Assembly (NCBI GenBank): GCA_040285825.1 | Contig: JAUPSS010000001.1 | Span: forward strand, 1,550,001-1,614,000 | Direction of reading: 5' to 3' | Source of the DNA: Eukaryota sp. TZLM1-RC | Lineage: Eukaryota > Protista > Metamonada: BaSk clade | Length of the DNA: 64,000 nucleotides | In this document: positions 48,927 through 60,617 of the stretch, piece by piece | How the letters are laid out: the number at the start of each line of letters is the position of its first letter | Position numbering within the stretch: the first letter of the stretch is position 1 | Notes under the pieces: model-generated | Databases searched by the model: none | What the model was told of the DNA's origin: nothing | What the model saw: only the letters and a program-made list of their open reading frames with translations | Made by a program: the position numbers and the translations under genes

Positions 48927-49742
48927 AATTGTTCTCTTTGTTTTTGAAAAATAATTGAATAAAATGAAAAAGAAAATGCTCATTACGTTTGTAAGATGCA
49001 TTGATAAAAGTATTGACTAATAAGAATTTTTTGGCTGTTTTTAACAATGATTGGTTTTTGGTTGGAAACTAGAAAGGAAACGAACCACAGAATATGCATC
49101 ATAGATAATTCTAGCAGTATAATGACAACAATTTTGCTGTTAATTATTCATTAGGGAAGGAAACTAAACACTTTCAACATCAACAAATTACTTGTGAACA
49201 AATTGTCCAGCTTTGAATGATTGTCTTCCACTTATAGAAAATGCGAAGGCAATAACAACAATATCCCTATTTCTACCAGTATTAGCCTCTTCAATATAAT
49301 TTTTGTCTATGTTGAACTTTTGCTTTGAATCCGAGTACATCCTTTATAGAAGAAGAGCTTGACTTAATAATGTATTTATTTAATTACATTAAAAAGGCTT
49401 TCATCATTTTACTCATTATACATATTGATACCGTAGGTTGGAAAAGTGGTGAGGATAAAGCTAATTTACTTTCTATTCATATTATAAAAGCCTAAGGGCG
49501 CCAACACTGTCTCTTCCCTTTTTTCAAAATTAATTGGCTTATATAAATATGAACTAAACTATAAACAAATAACTAAATAACTACAAATAATCTATATGAA
49601 CTAAGAATTACCATCACTTCCTAATTCCAGCACTGCGTCTAGGCCTCTTGTAAAGCGTAGAGTAATTGGAGGTACTTTTACGTTGACTAGTAGTACGTTT
49701 TCCAATTTTCTTGTTATTCCTACTGAACAACTTGTAAGCTTC

Positions 49743-50841
49743 TGTTGTTGTTGAAATCAAATTAAATTAGTAGGTTTCTTTGTATTTCGACTGATGACGT
49801 GATACTCGTTTATGAATCAGTTTTATTAATAAACGCAGATTTCTCTCTCCCCCCTTCGTGTGTTCATCTGCCTAACGGCATCAATAATTATTGGCCTTTC
49901 TTATTTCAGATGACTGTTCTTTCTGTCAACCTCCCGTCTCTTTCTTCCATGAAAGTTGAAAGTGTTCTCTTGTTCCTACAACAGTGGCAGATCTATTCTT
50001 CTGTGACTTCTAAGAAAGAGCTTGTTCCAGCAAGACTCTTGGTCGATTCTTTTCTGTTAGAGTCCCTATCTCTCCAGAAATCCGACGTCTCTTCCAGTGA
50101 CGATGTTCTTCTTGGACATCTACAATCTGTCGTATCGTTCACAACGTACGAAGTTTTTAGTCTGGCTATGTCAGAACTGAATCTTGATGTCCGTATTGGT
50201 GACGTCCGAGAACGTATGTCCTGTTACCTGCGACGTTTCCTCCAGGTAAAGAGTAGGGCTTCCGGACTGAAGTTACCAGACACAGCTTTTCTGAATCGAT
50301 TTGGAATTCTTCCCGTAGGTCTTCAACGTTCTCTACTAGCGAGAATTCGAGATGATGTATTCCCAGATCTTCACTCTCTTGTCGAAACCACTACTGATGA
50401 GCTGTTAGACTGCTCTAGGGTTACCCCATGGACTCGTGGTTTCAAAACCTCAGTGAATGATGTGGAACGTACGGCTGGCACTAAAACGAGGTCCTCTTGG
50501 CGCTCTCAGGATTTAAAAAATCAATCGTGCTTCAAGTCCCACAAGCCTGGACACATCTCCCGCGATTGTCCAACTAAAATCAAACATGAGGTAAATTATG
50601 TGTGTCACACAAACGATGCACCAAAGAGTTTAACAAACCCCATATCTTCCCTCCATTGAGCCGATACTACATTTGTCCTCAGAAAAATGGGAAAAAGTAG
50701 TGTTGTTGTTGAACTCAAATTGAATTGGTAGGTTTCTTTGTATTTCGACTGATGACGTGATACTCGTTTATGAATCAGTTTTATTAATAAACGCAGATTT
50801 CTCTCTCCCCCCTTCGTGTGTTCATCTGCCTAACGGCATCA
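49743..50841 (+). mobile_element. Gag-only miniature LTR element (family C): 141-bp LTRs at 49743-49883 and 50701-50841, TSD CTTC
   Basis: LTRs TGTTG...GCATCA with 3 mismatches; PPT AAAAATGGGAAAAAGTAG; CTTC at 49739-49742 and 50842-50845; empty site AAGCTTCTGAATG visible at ~51944-51956. Confidence 0.93.
49910..50659 (+). CDS. gag: Gag-like protein (249 aa) with degenerate CCHC knuckle
   Basis: Intact ORF between the LTRs; CFKSHKPGHISRDC knuckle with the second Cys replaced by Ser; no protease, RT or IN. Confidence 0.8.
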   Translation: MTVLSVNLPSLSSMKVESVLLFLQQWQIYSSVTSKKELVPARLLVDSFLLESLSLQKSDVSSSDDVLLGHLQSVVSFTTYEVFSLAMSELNLDVRIGDVRERMSCYLRRFLQVKSRASGLKLPDTAFLNRFGILPVGLQRSLLARIRDDVFPDLHSLVETTTDELLDCSRVTPWTRGFKTSVNDVERTAGTKTRSSWRSQDLKNQSCFKSHKPGHISRDCPTKIKHEVNYVCHTNDAPKSLTNPISSLH

Positions 50842-51821
50842 CTTCTGAATGTTTAACTGAATGGAGAGGCTCTTCTGTTGTCAAACCGCCAAACCATTGA
50901 ACAGTACAGAAACTACCTGAATCAGAATTATATTCTGAGAGGATTTTCTCTATAACGTGTTTTTCAGCACTTCACACATTGTTGAAATCATCATGCCTAG
51001 AAAATTACCACAAATGACACTGTGACCGTTGTTTCATTGTTGAACGTAAATTAGTCATTTATTGATTGATGTCACGACAGTTGACTCAGCTAATATTGAT
51101 AACTGTGGACATCAAAAGTGAAGAAAACATTGGTTCGAAATGAGATCATTAGGTGTGATCATTGTGATCTTTAAGTACACAAATCGAGCAAATTTTGAGT
51201 ATATTATTAATAGTCAAAATTTGGTTTTCAAAAGATGGAGAAGAATTGTGTGGTTTAATGGTTTTAATAATTGCAACTGGAGAATCATTTGCGTGGGTTC
51301 TTGCTTCTTGGTCTTCAATGGAATTGGAAAAATAGCCAAATATTGTCTAAGCCTTATCACTTTGAAATCAGAACAATTCATGGACCTGCTGCTGTTCTTT
51401 CTTCTGATGTTTTCTTCAATTCAAATACTTCTAGTGAAATTTTTAATTTAAATTTTAAAAATTTTTCAATTGAAATTTTTCCTTTATTGCAAAACATAAA
51501 CATAAACATTTTCCTGCAGTTGAGTCCTTTCTCTAAACTTTTAAGGGAGATTATCAAAACTTTTTTATGAATGTTTTGACCTGCTTTGGTCTCTGGCTGT
51601 CAAACAAGGCGATCCATTAGGTTTTTTTGTTGCCTTAGGATGCAAAATTGGTTGAGATAAAGATAATTTATTTTCTATTCATATTATAAAAGCCTTAGGA
51701 CGCCAACACTGCTTCTTCCCTTTTTCAGAGCTAATAAACTTATATAAATATGAATCTAAACTATAACAAATAACTAAATAACTAAATAACTAAATAACTA
51801 AATCTAAACTGAGAATTAGCA

Positions 51822-54800
51822 TCACTTCCTAATTCTAGTACTGCGTCCAGGCCTCTTGCAAGGCGCAGAGTTATTGGAGGTACTCTTACGTTGACTAGTA
51901 GTACGTTTTCCAATTTTCTTGTTATTCCTACTGAACAACTTGTAAGCTTCTGAATGTTTAACTGAATGGAGAGGCTCTTCTGTTGTCTCACCGCCAAACC
52001 ATTGAACAGTAGAGAAACTACCTGAGTCAGAATTATATTCTGAGAGGATTTTCTCTATAACATGTTTCTCAGCATCGCCTGCTGCGACTGTCTTAAGAAA
52101 TTCGATATCCTGGGGATTCTCGGCGTTATAGATTTTGCAATCTTTCTTAGCAGCCATTAATTCGGTGCCAGTGGTAAGATTCTTCAATAATAAAGTAGAG
52201 TTGGAGGGATGGTCTATTACTAAAAAGGGTCCGTTCCAAGATCCATGTAATTTATTATTCTGTTTGGTTTTACGAAGGACATAGTCACCAATATTAAATA
52301 CTATAGAACGCGAATTAGTATTGTCTACTGAAGTTGGGGTATTTAATGATTGATGACGCTCTGCTTCTTCCCTTTTTTCTTGCAGACGAATATTTTTCAA
52401 TTTAATATCGTCTAATAAAGGAATAATGGAATCAAATTTTGATAAGTTTTCTAAAATGTTTGCAGGGTCCGATCATGGACTAATCGAACATACGAACATT
52501 AGTTCGTATGGGGTAAAACCTGTCTTTCTGCTTTTAGTGGAATTTATCAAAAGTTGGGATATGGGTACATAAGTAGACCAATTTCCCTAATCATAGAAAT
52601 CTATTAATAATTTCCTCAAGCATTGTAAAGCGTCTCTATGTTTACGTTCTGAAAGTCCATTACTTTCAGAGTAGTGGGGCATTGAGTTACTCGTCTCAAT
52701 AGCTAATCTGTTACACACTATCTTAAAAGTCTCATTGGCGAACTCAGGACCATTATCACTATGAATTAACATAGGTATGCCAAAAATTGCGCAAACGTTC
52801 CAAATTAAGGCATCTGCGGTCTCTAAGGCATTGAGTTCCTTTAGAGGGACTAAAATTGAATATGCAGTAAAAGAATCTACAAATACTAGCAAGTATTTAT
52901 TACCATCACTATCATTATTCAGAGGTCCAATTGTATCGACATTTAATCTAGCAAAAGGACGATCTGCCCAAAGGGAACCTGTGGAAGGTGTTTTTTGACA
53001 AGTTGGGCATCTTTTGATGTGGTTTATGAGGTCCTTTCTTATATTAGGCCAGAACAAGTCGCTTTTGGACAATTTATGTAGACTGTCGTTTTTGCTGGAA
53101 TGGCTTGATTGAACCAATCCATGTATTAATAGTAAAGCCTGTTTTCTGAGGCTTTTTGGAATTAAAATTATATTTTTATTATCTTTCCAAATTTGAGTAT
53201 TTTCATCTAGAATTGCATTCTCGAATAGAGGGTCATTGTTATTTTTGGCTATTTGTTGTTCAGATCTTATTTTAGAGAACCAGGAAAAAAAGTAAGTCTT
53301 GGTGTCTACTTGATGGGATATCTTCGAAGTCCGAATCAGAATCATCGTCTAGTGGAGGTATCTCGTAATTCGAAAGTAAAGTATCTGGTCTATTTATACT
53401 ACAGATAGAAGGAGTTCCCTCGTTTAGGTCTAAATCAATATTCCTCGATAACATATCTGCCCAGTGGTTATCATCACCTGGTTCATGGACCATATCAAAG
53501 TCGAATTCAGATAGTATAGGCAACCACCTCTTTACAATTCTGTTTTTCTCTGGGGCTGTGGCCAGGAATGCAATATTTTTGTGATCAGTGAAAATTGTTA
53601 GAAGCTTTCTAAACAACTTTCAGTTAAAATCAGAAGTATTGCGTATAATTCTTTCTGTAAAGTGGACCATTTTCTTTGTGTTTCTGTAAGTAATCTATAA
53701 TAGAACGACAAAGGTTTCACTTTCCTTTTATTCAGCGGGGTTCCTGCAGGAGAGTATGGTTCAATTTCTTGCCAAATAACACCCCCTATTGCTACATTTG
53801 ATGTGTCAGTACTTATTGATACACGCTTGCCCGGAGCTAGTAATTCAAGGGGCATGTGATTAATTATTAAATCTTTTATTTGTTTAAAATAATCATCATG
53901 ATCGTTGGTCCATTTAATTATTCTAAGTTTCCCTTTATTTAACTCGTTAATTGGAGCTATTAATTCGGAAATACCTGGAAGCCAATCTCTAATATAATTG
54001 ATGAATCCTACCAATGAGCGAACTTCTTTCACTGATTTTGGTCTAGGGATTCTCATCAAGGCTTCGATCTTTTTCTTACTAATATATCTAGTTTTGTCCT
54101 GGAAGGTGCTTCCTAAAATGTCAATAGAGTGTTGGGATGTTACGAATTTACATTTACGTAAACCTATATTTACACGTCTATTTCTGGCGCATTGGAGGAC
54201 TCTTTGTAATTTCTTATAGAATTCTTCGAACGTCGTTCTAACTATTATGATATCATCAATATATATAAAGACGCCATCAATTTGGAAAATTTCCATCATT
54301 GCGTTTTGAAATACTACTGGGATGTTCTTTAATCCGAAACAAGCTCTTTTAAACATAACTGACCTTCCAGGGATTGAGATTGATGTTTTCTCAATGTCCT
54401 TTTCAGCTACATTCATCTGCCAGAAAGCTTTTGGTAAATCAAGCGTGGCAATATAATCTGTTCCACTCAAAAATGCTAAAATTTCACTAATCCTAGGTAG
54501 ATAAGGCTCTACTGAAATCGTGTGGGCGTTAACTCCATCTTTACCGCTAAAGTCTCCAGTTAACCTGGGTTTCTTGCCGTCAGGATATATAACTAAGACA
54601 ATAGGAGAGCTGAATTTATAATTAGATTCAACTGCGTAGCCCATTTCAATCAGTTCATCAAATATTTTATTTGCTATTTCCATTTTGCTGGAGTTTAATT
54701 GTCTAGCAGGTTTATGTACTATAGCATTCTCATCTCTAAAGGGGATTGTTAGAGGATTACAATCGATTCCTTTTCTGTTTGGAGTTTCACAAAAAACATC

Positions 54801-55570
54801 GCTGAAAATTCCTAGTAGACTCGTTAATTTTAATTTATTAATATCATCATCTAATTTTATCTCACAACCAGATCTAGTTGTTTGCTCCTCAAAATCGGAA
54901 GGACTCAATGATTGGTTATCTAAGGTCCCAATCAAATGTTGAGCGATTCTTGAGTCGAATTCAGATTCTGCATTTAACAAAGTGCGGTGTTCTTTGTCTA
55001 ATCTAATGAAAAGACCATCATCCGTCTGAAGCCCAAGTGTTTTTAACATGTCTGTCCCTATTAATAATATGTTCGAACCCAGAATTATGGGAAGAGTGTG
55101 TCTATAATGTACCTGGTGCACAATGCTTCCTACGTTGAACGACAGAATACCATTTGCACTCCCTAGCGATCTACTTGATACGTTATTGGCTAATAAGAAC
55201 TCAATTGTATCATCTCTATTAATTGACATATTGCATTTGGTAGCCAAATCTTCTGTTATAACCGAACAAAACACTGCCGAATCAATAGTTCCAATCATTT
55301 TTTTATTATTTATTAATATCTCCAATCTTAAAAATGGAGAACGCTGGGATCTGATGTAATTCTCACTAACCGTAGAATTTATACCAAAAATACTATTGAT
55401 ATCAGAGCTGGGTTTGTGGAATTGTAGAGGATTCAATAAGAATTGTTGAGCTGTTGTGGAGTTGTTGACTGGGTTTCCGAATCGGCAATTAATTGATTGT
55501 GATTGATTGCGTTGATTTGTTTCCGATTGGGAAAGTACCTGTGTTTCTGACCCTGTTGCTGAAACGGTCG
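51822..55570 (-). pseudogene. pol: Pol of family B (PR-RT-RH-IN-chromo), several frameshifts
   Basis: ORFs 53598-55754, 53272-53616, 52587-53345 and 51822-52400 carry consecutive pol motifs. Confidence 0.9.
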
Positions 55571-57642
55571 ATCCGTCTGTGAAAGGTCGTGCTCGAACTA
55601 GCTGACACGTTCTCAGAAGGGGATGATATTGATGATGTTTCCTCTTGTGTGTTAAAATAATAAAAAGGTATATACTGACCTCTGCCTTCATGTCCTCTAA
55701 AATGGCCATTTCGACCCCTACCTCTAAACCTAGATACACGTCTACCACGGCCACCTCGACCCCTGACTACACTGCCACTTCTCGCAGCCTGATCAGCCTC
55801 GCCGATCTTAAACCTGAGTTCGTTAGGTACCTTGCTTCTGGTACAATGGGGGTCTTTACATTCAAAAACCGTGTGACCAGTAGGGTTGTTTCCTTCGGTG
55901 ACGTTACAAAATGTACAAAACTTAGAATTATCCCGTTCATGTCTTTCTGGAACATATTTGTTTTGGGGAGTTCCTTTAGATCCGCCTCCCGAGCGACGTT
56001 TAGCACCTGAATTAGATGGAGTTACCCCTCTAGAGTAAGTTTTCATGGTCGAAAGGCCTAATAGAATATCTTCGTCTCTTTCAGCTTGTTTCCTCAGAAG
56101 TTCCATGATGTGCCTGTTTCTTGTCGTTTGGCACCAAGCTAAAAAGTGTCTTCTGGTGGTCGAAATCAGGTTTGACAAAGTTGTACCTGTTGAAGGGTCC
56201 CAGAAATCTCCTCTTGTCCAATGGCTTGCCAGCTCCTTGGTAATAATATATTTGTCTATACCCAAGAGAAAGTATTCTGCAATGAGGGCGGGTGAGAGGT
56301 TTATTAAACCGCTGGTTCCCCTAATTGATGCAGATATAGAGTGATCAACCATGTAAGTGGTCATCCTCAGGACGTCTCCAAAATCTTCGATGAACCTACC
56401 AAATTCATTGTCCGCATCCATTTTGTCGTGGATGTTTCTCCAATTTATACAAGGTTTCGCTAGGGTAGAGCAAGCCTCATGATATGAGGTAAATTGTGTC
56501 CTGAGTAGCAGAAAAACCATTAGATCTGCGTCAGAGAAGTCCGGTCTCAGAAGTCCTTGGCCTTGCCAACTAGATATGAGCTGGGGGTCAACCATGCTTG
56601 ATAAGCCGGACGGACAAGTACTTATCATCATACTTTTAAATAAGTCGTAATGATGAATAGGAGGTCCCAGACGTTTTGTCAGTTCTGGGTCGATCCTTAA
56701 AAGTGGCTGCTTCATGTCCCTATCAATTTCTTCTCTGATGTGAGATGGGAGAGATGATAAGAGCTCAGGGGTAATCTGGGTCTTTCCTTCACCAAAAATC
56801 TGGGTTGCTATCAACATAGCACGAAACCAATCAGATTGACGAGGGGCTTGAAAGCTCCTATTAGCTATCTTGTGCCCGTATTTATCCCATGCTTGAAACT
56901 TGAGAAGAAAGGAGGCGAAAGACATCTTGTTGAGTGGGTATTTCTCGGATAGGTGAGGAGCTTTGTATTCAGCTGACCTAGGCCGAGTGTCCACATGTCT
57001 TTGAAGACTACTCGCTATACTCATGTCCAATATATTTCTTGAAGCTTGGAGGTCTTCCAAACGGAGAGGCTCCTCAGAAGAAACTCTTCTACGAAGGGGT
57101 TGAGGAGGAGGTGTTTCATCTAAACTAGGTCCGCTAAACTCGACTTCGTCTTCTGATGCACTTCTGAGCATAGGTTGGGAGGAACTTGATGGTTCCTGAA
57201 CCACTCTGGTAGGTCTGTTTACTCGTTTTGTCATGTCTACTGTTGGGATGTGATCAGGGAGTACATCAATAGAACAGACTTGTACCGGTTGCTCTTTTTC
57301 TGCTATTATGGGGGCGATTACTGGAAATTTAGGTCTCTGGTGGAGCTCTGTTGATTGATCGCCCGTGACCATGAATCTGAACTTCTTCTTCCTTGTTGTA
57401 GCTTCCCCGAATTGCTGAATAAAGTTATTTGGGCGGCACCTAAATGTGGATACGCTTGAACATTCCGTAAGTATATTATTTAGGGCGTCCGCGTCAAAGA
57501 AGTCGCTGACGGGTTCCAACTTGCTTGGATTTATGCTGTCTGCTTGTTCCATATATTTTCTGAAACAAGTAGGAGCCCCGTCCGTTACCTCTGAGAAGTT
57601 ATGGATGATCGTATCAAAGTACGAGTCCATCCATGCCGGCAA
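55489..57642 (-). CDS. gag: Large atypical Gag of family B (CX2CX10HX4C knuckle, RGRG-rich tail)
   Basis: Lies between the 5' LTR and the protease; CTFCNVTEGNNPTGHTVFEC; RGRGGRGRRVSRFRGRGR. Confidence 0.7.
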   Translation of the reverse strand: MPAWMDSYFDTIIHNFSEVTDGAPTCFRKYMEQADSINPSKLEPVSDFFDADALNNILTECSSVSTFRCRPNNFIQQFGEATTRKKKFRFMVTGDQSTELHQRPKFPVIAPIIAEKEQPVQVCSIDVLPDHIPTVDMTKRVNRPTRVVQEPSSSSQPMLRSASEDEVEFSGPSLDETPPPQPLRRRVSSEEPLRLEDLQASRNILDMSIASSLQRHVDTRPRSAEYKAPHLSEKYPLNKMSFASFLLKFQAWDKYGHKIANRSFQAPRQSDWFRAMLIATQIFGEGKTQITPELLSSLPSHIREEIDRDMKQPLLRIDPELTKRLGPPIHHYDLFKSMMISTCPSGLSSMVDPQLISSWQGQGLLRPDFSDADLMVFLLLRTQFTSYHEACSTLAKPCINWRNIHDKMDADNEFGRFIEDFGDVLRMTTYMVDHSISASIRGTSGLINLSPALIAEYFLLGIDKYIITKELASHWTRGDFWDPSTGTTLSNLISTTRRHFLAWCQTTRNRHIMELLRKQAERDEDILLGLSTMKTYSRGVTPSNSGAKRRSGGGSKGTPQNKYVPERHERDNSKFCTFCNVTEGNNPTGHTVFECKDPHCTRSKVPNELRFKIGEADQAARSGSVVRGRGGRGRRVSRFRGRGRNGHFRGHEGRGQYIPFYYFNTQEETSSISSPSENVSASSSTTFHRRIDRFSNRVRNTGTFPIGNKSTQSITIN

Positions 57643-58890
57643 TTTGTTTCCAGGATTACGTCGGTATCGGTTCTACTCCTTTGTTCGATAGCTGAGAACC
57701 TGATCCTTTTTCCGAATTGATCCAAGTGAATGGCTTCCCAACCAGGTCTGTCTTTGATTGGTTTTGCCAGGATCACATGGATTTCTTTGTCCATGCTGGT
57801 TAACCTAGGACGGCGTTCTGCCCCACGTCCGTAGGTTTCTCTACTCCGGGCGTCCAAAGCGTTAATTAGCTCTCTTCTCTAGCTTTGAGGGAATTCGTAG
57901 ACTCTATTAGGGTTCCCTTTCAGGCCCAGAGTCTAGAATCCCACATTTCTACCAGATTTTATCATTTGTTTCCAAAGGGGAGGGAGCTGCTCAAACAAAC
58001 AGTAATCTGTAGGTTCGAGGTGGGATTCCGCGTACTTCATTATTTGTTGACGAAGTTCTTTCTCTTTGTCGTCCATTTCTTCTAAAACGGACTGACGTTC
58101 TTGGTAGTCATTCAGAACGGACGAAGTTTCTGAACTTGACTCAACATTTTTGTCTTCAGGTGAGGAGGGTGGTGGTCCCGTTCATGAAACCTTTTCTGGA
58201 TTGTTGGACTTGAAAGAGGCTGGAGGTGGTTCCGTGCTTGGTCCCATTGGTTTCTCTTGAGGGAAAGGGGAGCGGAGGGTGGTCTCGAGCCCGAATCCTC
58301 ACTCTTTGCTTCTTCTCCTGTTGTTGTAAATGTGTTATATGCATCTCTGTCGTGCTGTTGCATGGAAATTTTAAAAGAGTCAGTGTCCTGGCGAGGAAAG
58401 ACTGACATGATATCTGCTGAAGATATCCTCTGTTTGATAGCTGTCAGATGTGTAAGCGGTATACCTGGTATAAACCTAAATGACCAATAATTATTGATGC
58501 CGTAGGTTGGAAAAGTGGTTAGGATAAAGCTTATTTATTTTCTATTCATAATATAAAAGCCTAAGGGCGCCAACAATATTGTTGGATAACACTTGGAAGC
58601 TATAATGAATTTTTCATAAATTACATGTTACAGGTCAGTTAAATAACTAACTAATAGAGGTTGCTAAAGGTGTATTTAAAAATAATGAAGCCTTTGTTGT
58701 TGTTCATTACTTGACATAATTAGCATAATACATTGGTAATTTGATTTCTATTCAGTTTTCATTAATCAGTCATCAGAAATATAAAATCAGTCACATGAGT
58801 ATTTAATTAGAAAGATTAAGTGTAAATGACTATAGCAAAATCCGACACAATTTATTAAATCAAAACCTATAAAAACAATTGAAAATCCAC

Positions 58891-60432
58891 TTACAAACTA
58901 ACACTAACCCCTTTTTTAAATCTTGGTAACGGAGCTGAATGAGCAAGCGAAAGATCTACTTTATGACCAAATAAATCTCTAATTCTACTGATGCCGCTCA
59001 TAATCATTGTGGGTCTTTCCAAAGAAAGTCCCCAGGCGCAAACAGTGACATCTGAAGGCAATCCCATTGGCCGAAGCATTTCAGGACGGAAAATTCCAGA
59101 ATTTCCAATCTCTACCCATTTATCTAAACCTTTATGAAAGGCAAAAATCTCCATTGAAGGTTCAGTGTAAGGGTTAAACGTGGGTTTGAATTTTAAATCA
59201 GTCATTCCTAACTGCTCGAAAAACTCAGTGATTAACCCAATTAAATGACCCAAGGAAAGATTTCTCCCAGCAACAACACCCTCAACTTGGTGAAATTCAG
59301 CTAAATGAGTAGCATCGACAGACTCATTCCTAAAAACTCTATCTATAGAGAACAATTTACATGGCTTAAAACCGTCACAAGCTAGTTTGTATAAGAGTCG
59401 CGCACTCACTGCAGTTGTGTGAGTTCTCAGAATATTCTTCTTGGCTTCACTTTCAGACCAATTATACCTCCAACCTATTGATCCAAAACCACCTTCTTCG
59501 TGAATCTTCTTGACTTTTGATTGGTAATCAATCGGCAGTTGATTACAGCTTTCCGGTCGTGATAAGAAGAATGTATCGTGAGCATCTCTAGCAGGGTGAT
59601 GTTGGGGTTGGAATAGAGCATCAAAATTAAAAAAAGAATTTTCTACATATCTATTGGTTGGCATTTCAGTAAACCCCATTGACAAAAATATTTTCCTAAA
59701 GGCGCTTCTCATTTGCATAAGTGGATGTAGGGCTCCACCATGACCTTCTGGTTGCTTTCCTTTGCATGTAAGGTTTCTTGGCTTAAAGTCTAATTTAGAT
59801 AGCTCTTCAGTAGTCATGGTGATCATATCGGTGGTAACTTCAGAGACAGTTTTTCTATCTTCAAAAAACTTTGAAGTTCTGCTAACTTTGAAATATTTTG
59901 ATTTAGATTCGCTTAGATAAGGCTTAAGTGACCTAAGGGTAATTGGATGTAGGGATTGAATTAGTTCTTCAATTTGTTTTTTAATTTCCTCCGCAGAACC
60001 ACATAATGATAAAGACGGAGAAAATCGTTGAACAGAGGCGAGAATTGGGTCTTGGTCAAGATCAGTCTTGCGAGAAAGCGTAGGACCGTCCTGACCTTGA
60101 TTGACTGAAATCCAGCCCATTGACTTGGCACTACCAAGAGCTTTACCGTACTCCTTGCCAAAGAGCTTCTGGGCCTCCTTGACGGTGAGGGGAGAGTCTA
60201 GAGCTTGCCAGAGACGGAATGGGGCGGAGGAACCAGTGGAGAGAAGATTCTCTCCCTCCTTGGTCAGAATATAAGTGATACATTCTTGGAGGGTTGTAGC
60301 GACTTTGTTTTGTAGTTCGAGAGATTTAATTTGACCAACAATAACTTGATGATCAACTCCCCAAGATTTGGCAAGTTCAGCAGAGTTTTCTACCACCTCA
60401 TGGTGTTCCAAGTAAGATTGAAGTGAGTGCAT
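58891..60432 (-). CDS. FARSA: Phenylalanyl-tRNA synthetase alpha subunit (eukaryotic cytosolic type)
   Basis: [100 protein letters not shown]. Confidence 0.98.
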   Translation of the reverse strand: MHSLQSYLEHHEVVENSAELAKSWGVDHQVIVGQIKSLELQNKVATTLQECITYILTKEGENLLSTGSSAPFRLWQALDSPLTVKEAQKLFGKEYGKALGSAKSMGWISVNQGQDGPTLSRKTDLDQDPILASVQRFSPSLSLCGSAEEIKKQIEELIQSLHPITLRSLKPYLSESKSKYFKVSRTSKFFEDRKTVSEVTTDMITMTTEELSKLDFKPRNLTCKGKQPEGHGGALHPLMQMRSAFRKIFLSMGFTEMPTNRYVENSFFNFDALFQPQHHPARDAHDTFFLSRPESCNQLPIDYQSKVKKIHEEGGFGSIGWRYNWSESEAKKNILRTHTTAVSARLLYKLACDGFKPCKLFSIDRVFRNESVDATHLAEFHQVEGVVAGRNLSLGHLIGLITEFFEQLGMTDLKFKPTFNPYTEPSMEIFAFHKGLDKWVEIGNSGIFRPEMLRPMGLPSDVTVCAWGLSLERPTMIMSGISRIRDLFGHKVDLSLAHSAPLPRFKKGVSVSL

Positions 60433-60451
60433 AAAATGAGTAATCTAAATC

Positions 60452-60563
60452 TGTGGTTTTAATTTGCAATGCTCACATTCGTCAAGCATCATTCAAACTT
60501 ATTCCAAGAACTTTCATTCTTGGTGAGATCATCCACAGACGTTCTAGAATCCTCGAATAATTG
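60452..60563 (-). repeat. ~111-bp segment downstream of the Fanzor remnant, repeated in inverted orientation at 62438-62548; candidate omegaRNA or element end
   Basis: CAATTATTCGAGGATTCTAG.ACGTCTGTGGA.GA.CTCACCAAG.ATGAAAGTT.TTGGAATAAGTT...GATGCTTGA...AAAACCACA is shared by both copies. Confidence 0.6.
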
Positions 60564-60617
60564 GCCACCAATCTCAGTGAGCCCATTTCTCCCCTAAAAC
60601 AATACGTAGCCTTGAAG

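Larger units (their letters stand above)
49426..50969 (-). mobile_element. 3' LTR (49426-49506), PPT and integrase/chromodomain tail of gypsy family B, interrupted by the gag-only element
   Basis: Colinear with 51628-52074 once 49743-50845 is removed. Confidence 0.88.
51628..58575 (-). mobile_element. Near-complete Ty3/gypsy chromovirus-like LTR retrotransposon (family B), 81-bp LTRs at 51628-51708 and 58495-58575
   Basis: Long gag (55489-57642 plus upstream fragments); IDSAVFCSVI protease; LDLPKAFWQ and YIDDII RT; TDTSNVA, QKELYAIL and TDHKNI RNase H; H2C2, DTIGP and SDNGPEF integrase; WNGPF; chromo-like VIEKILSE...VQWFGGETTEEP; PPT adjacent to 51708. Confidence 0.93.

Noticed and set aside
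55644-55679. Intron-like GTCAGT...TTTTAAC...AAG stretch near the gag-pol junction
   Set aside because: 36 nt, in frame, donor unlike host introns, and it does not explain the frame change; unsupported without RNA data.
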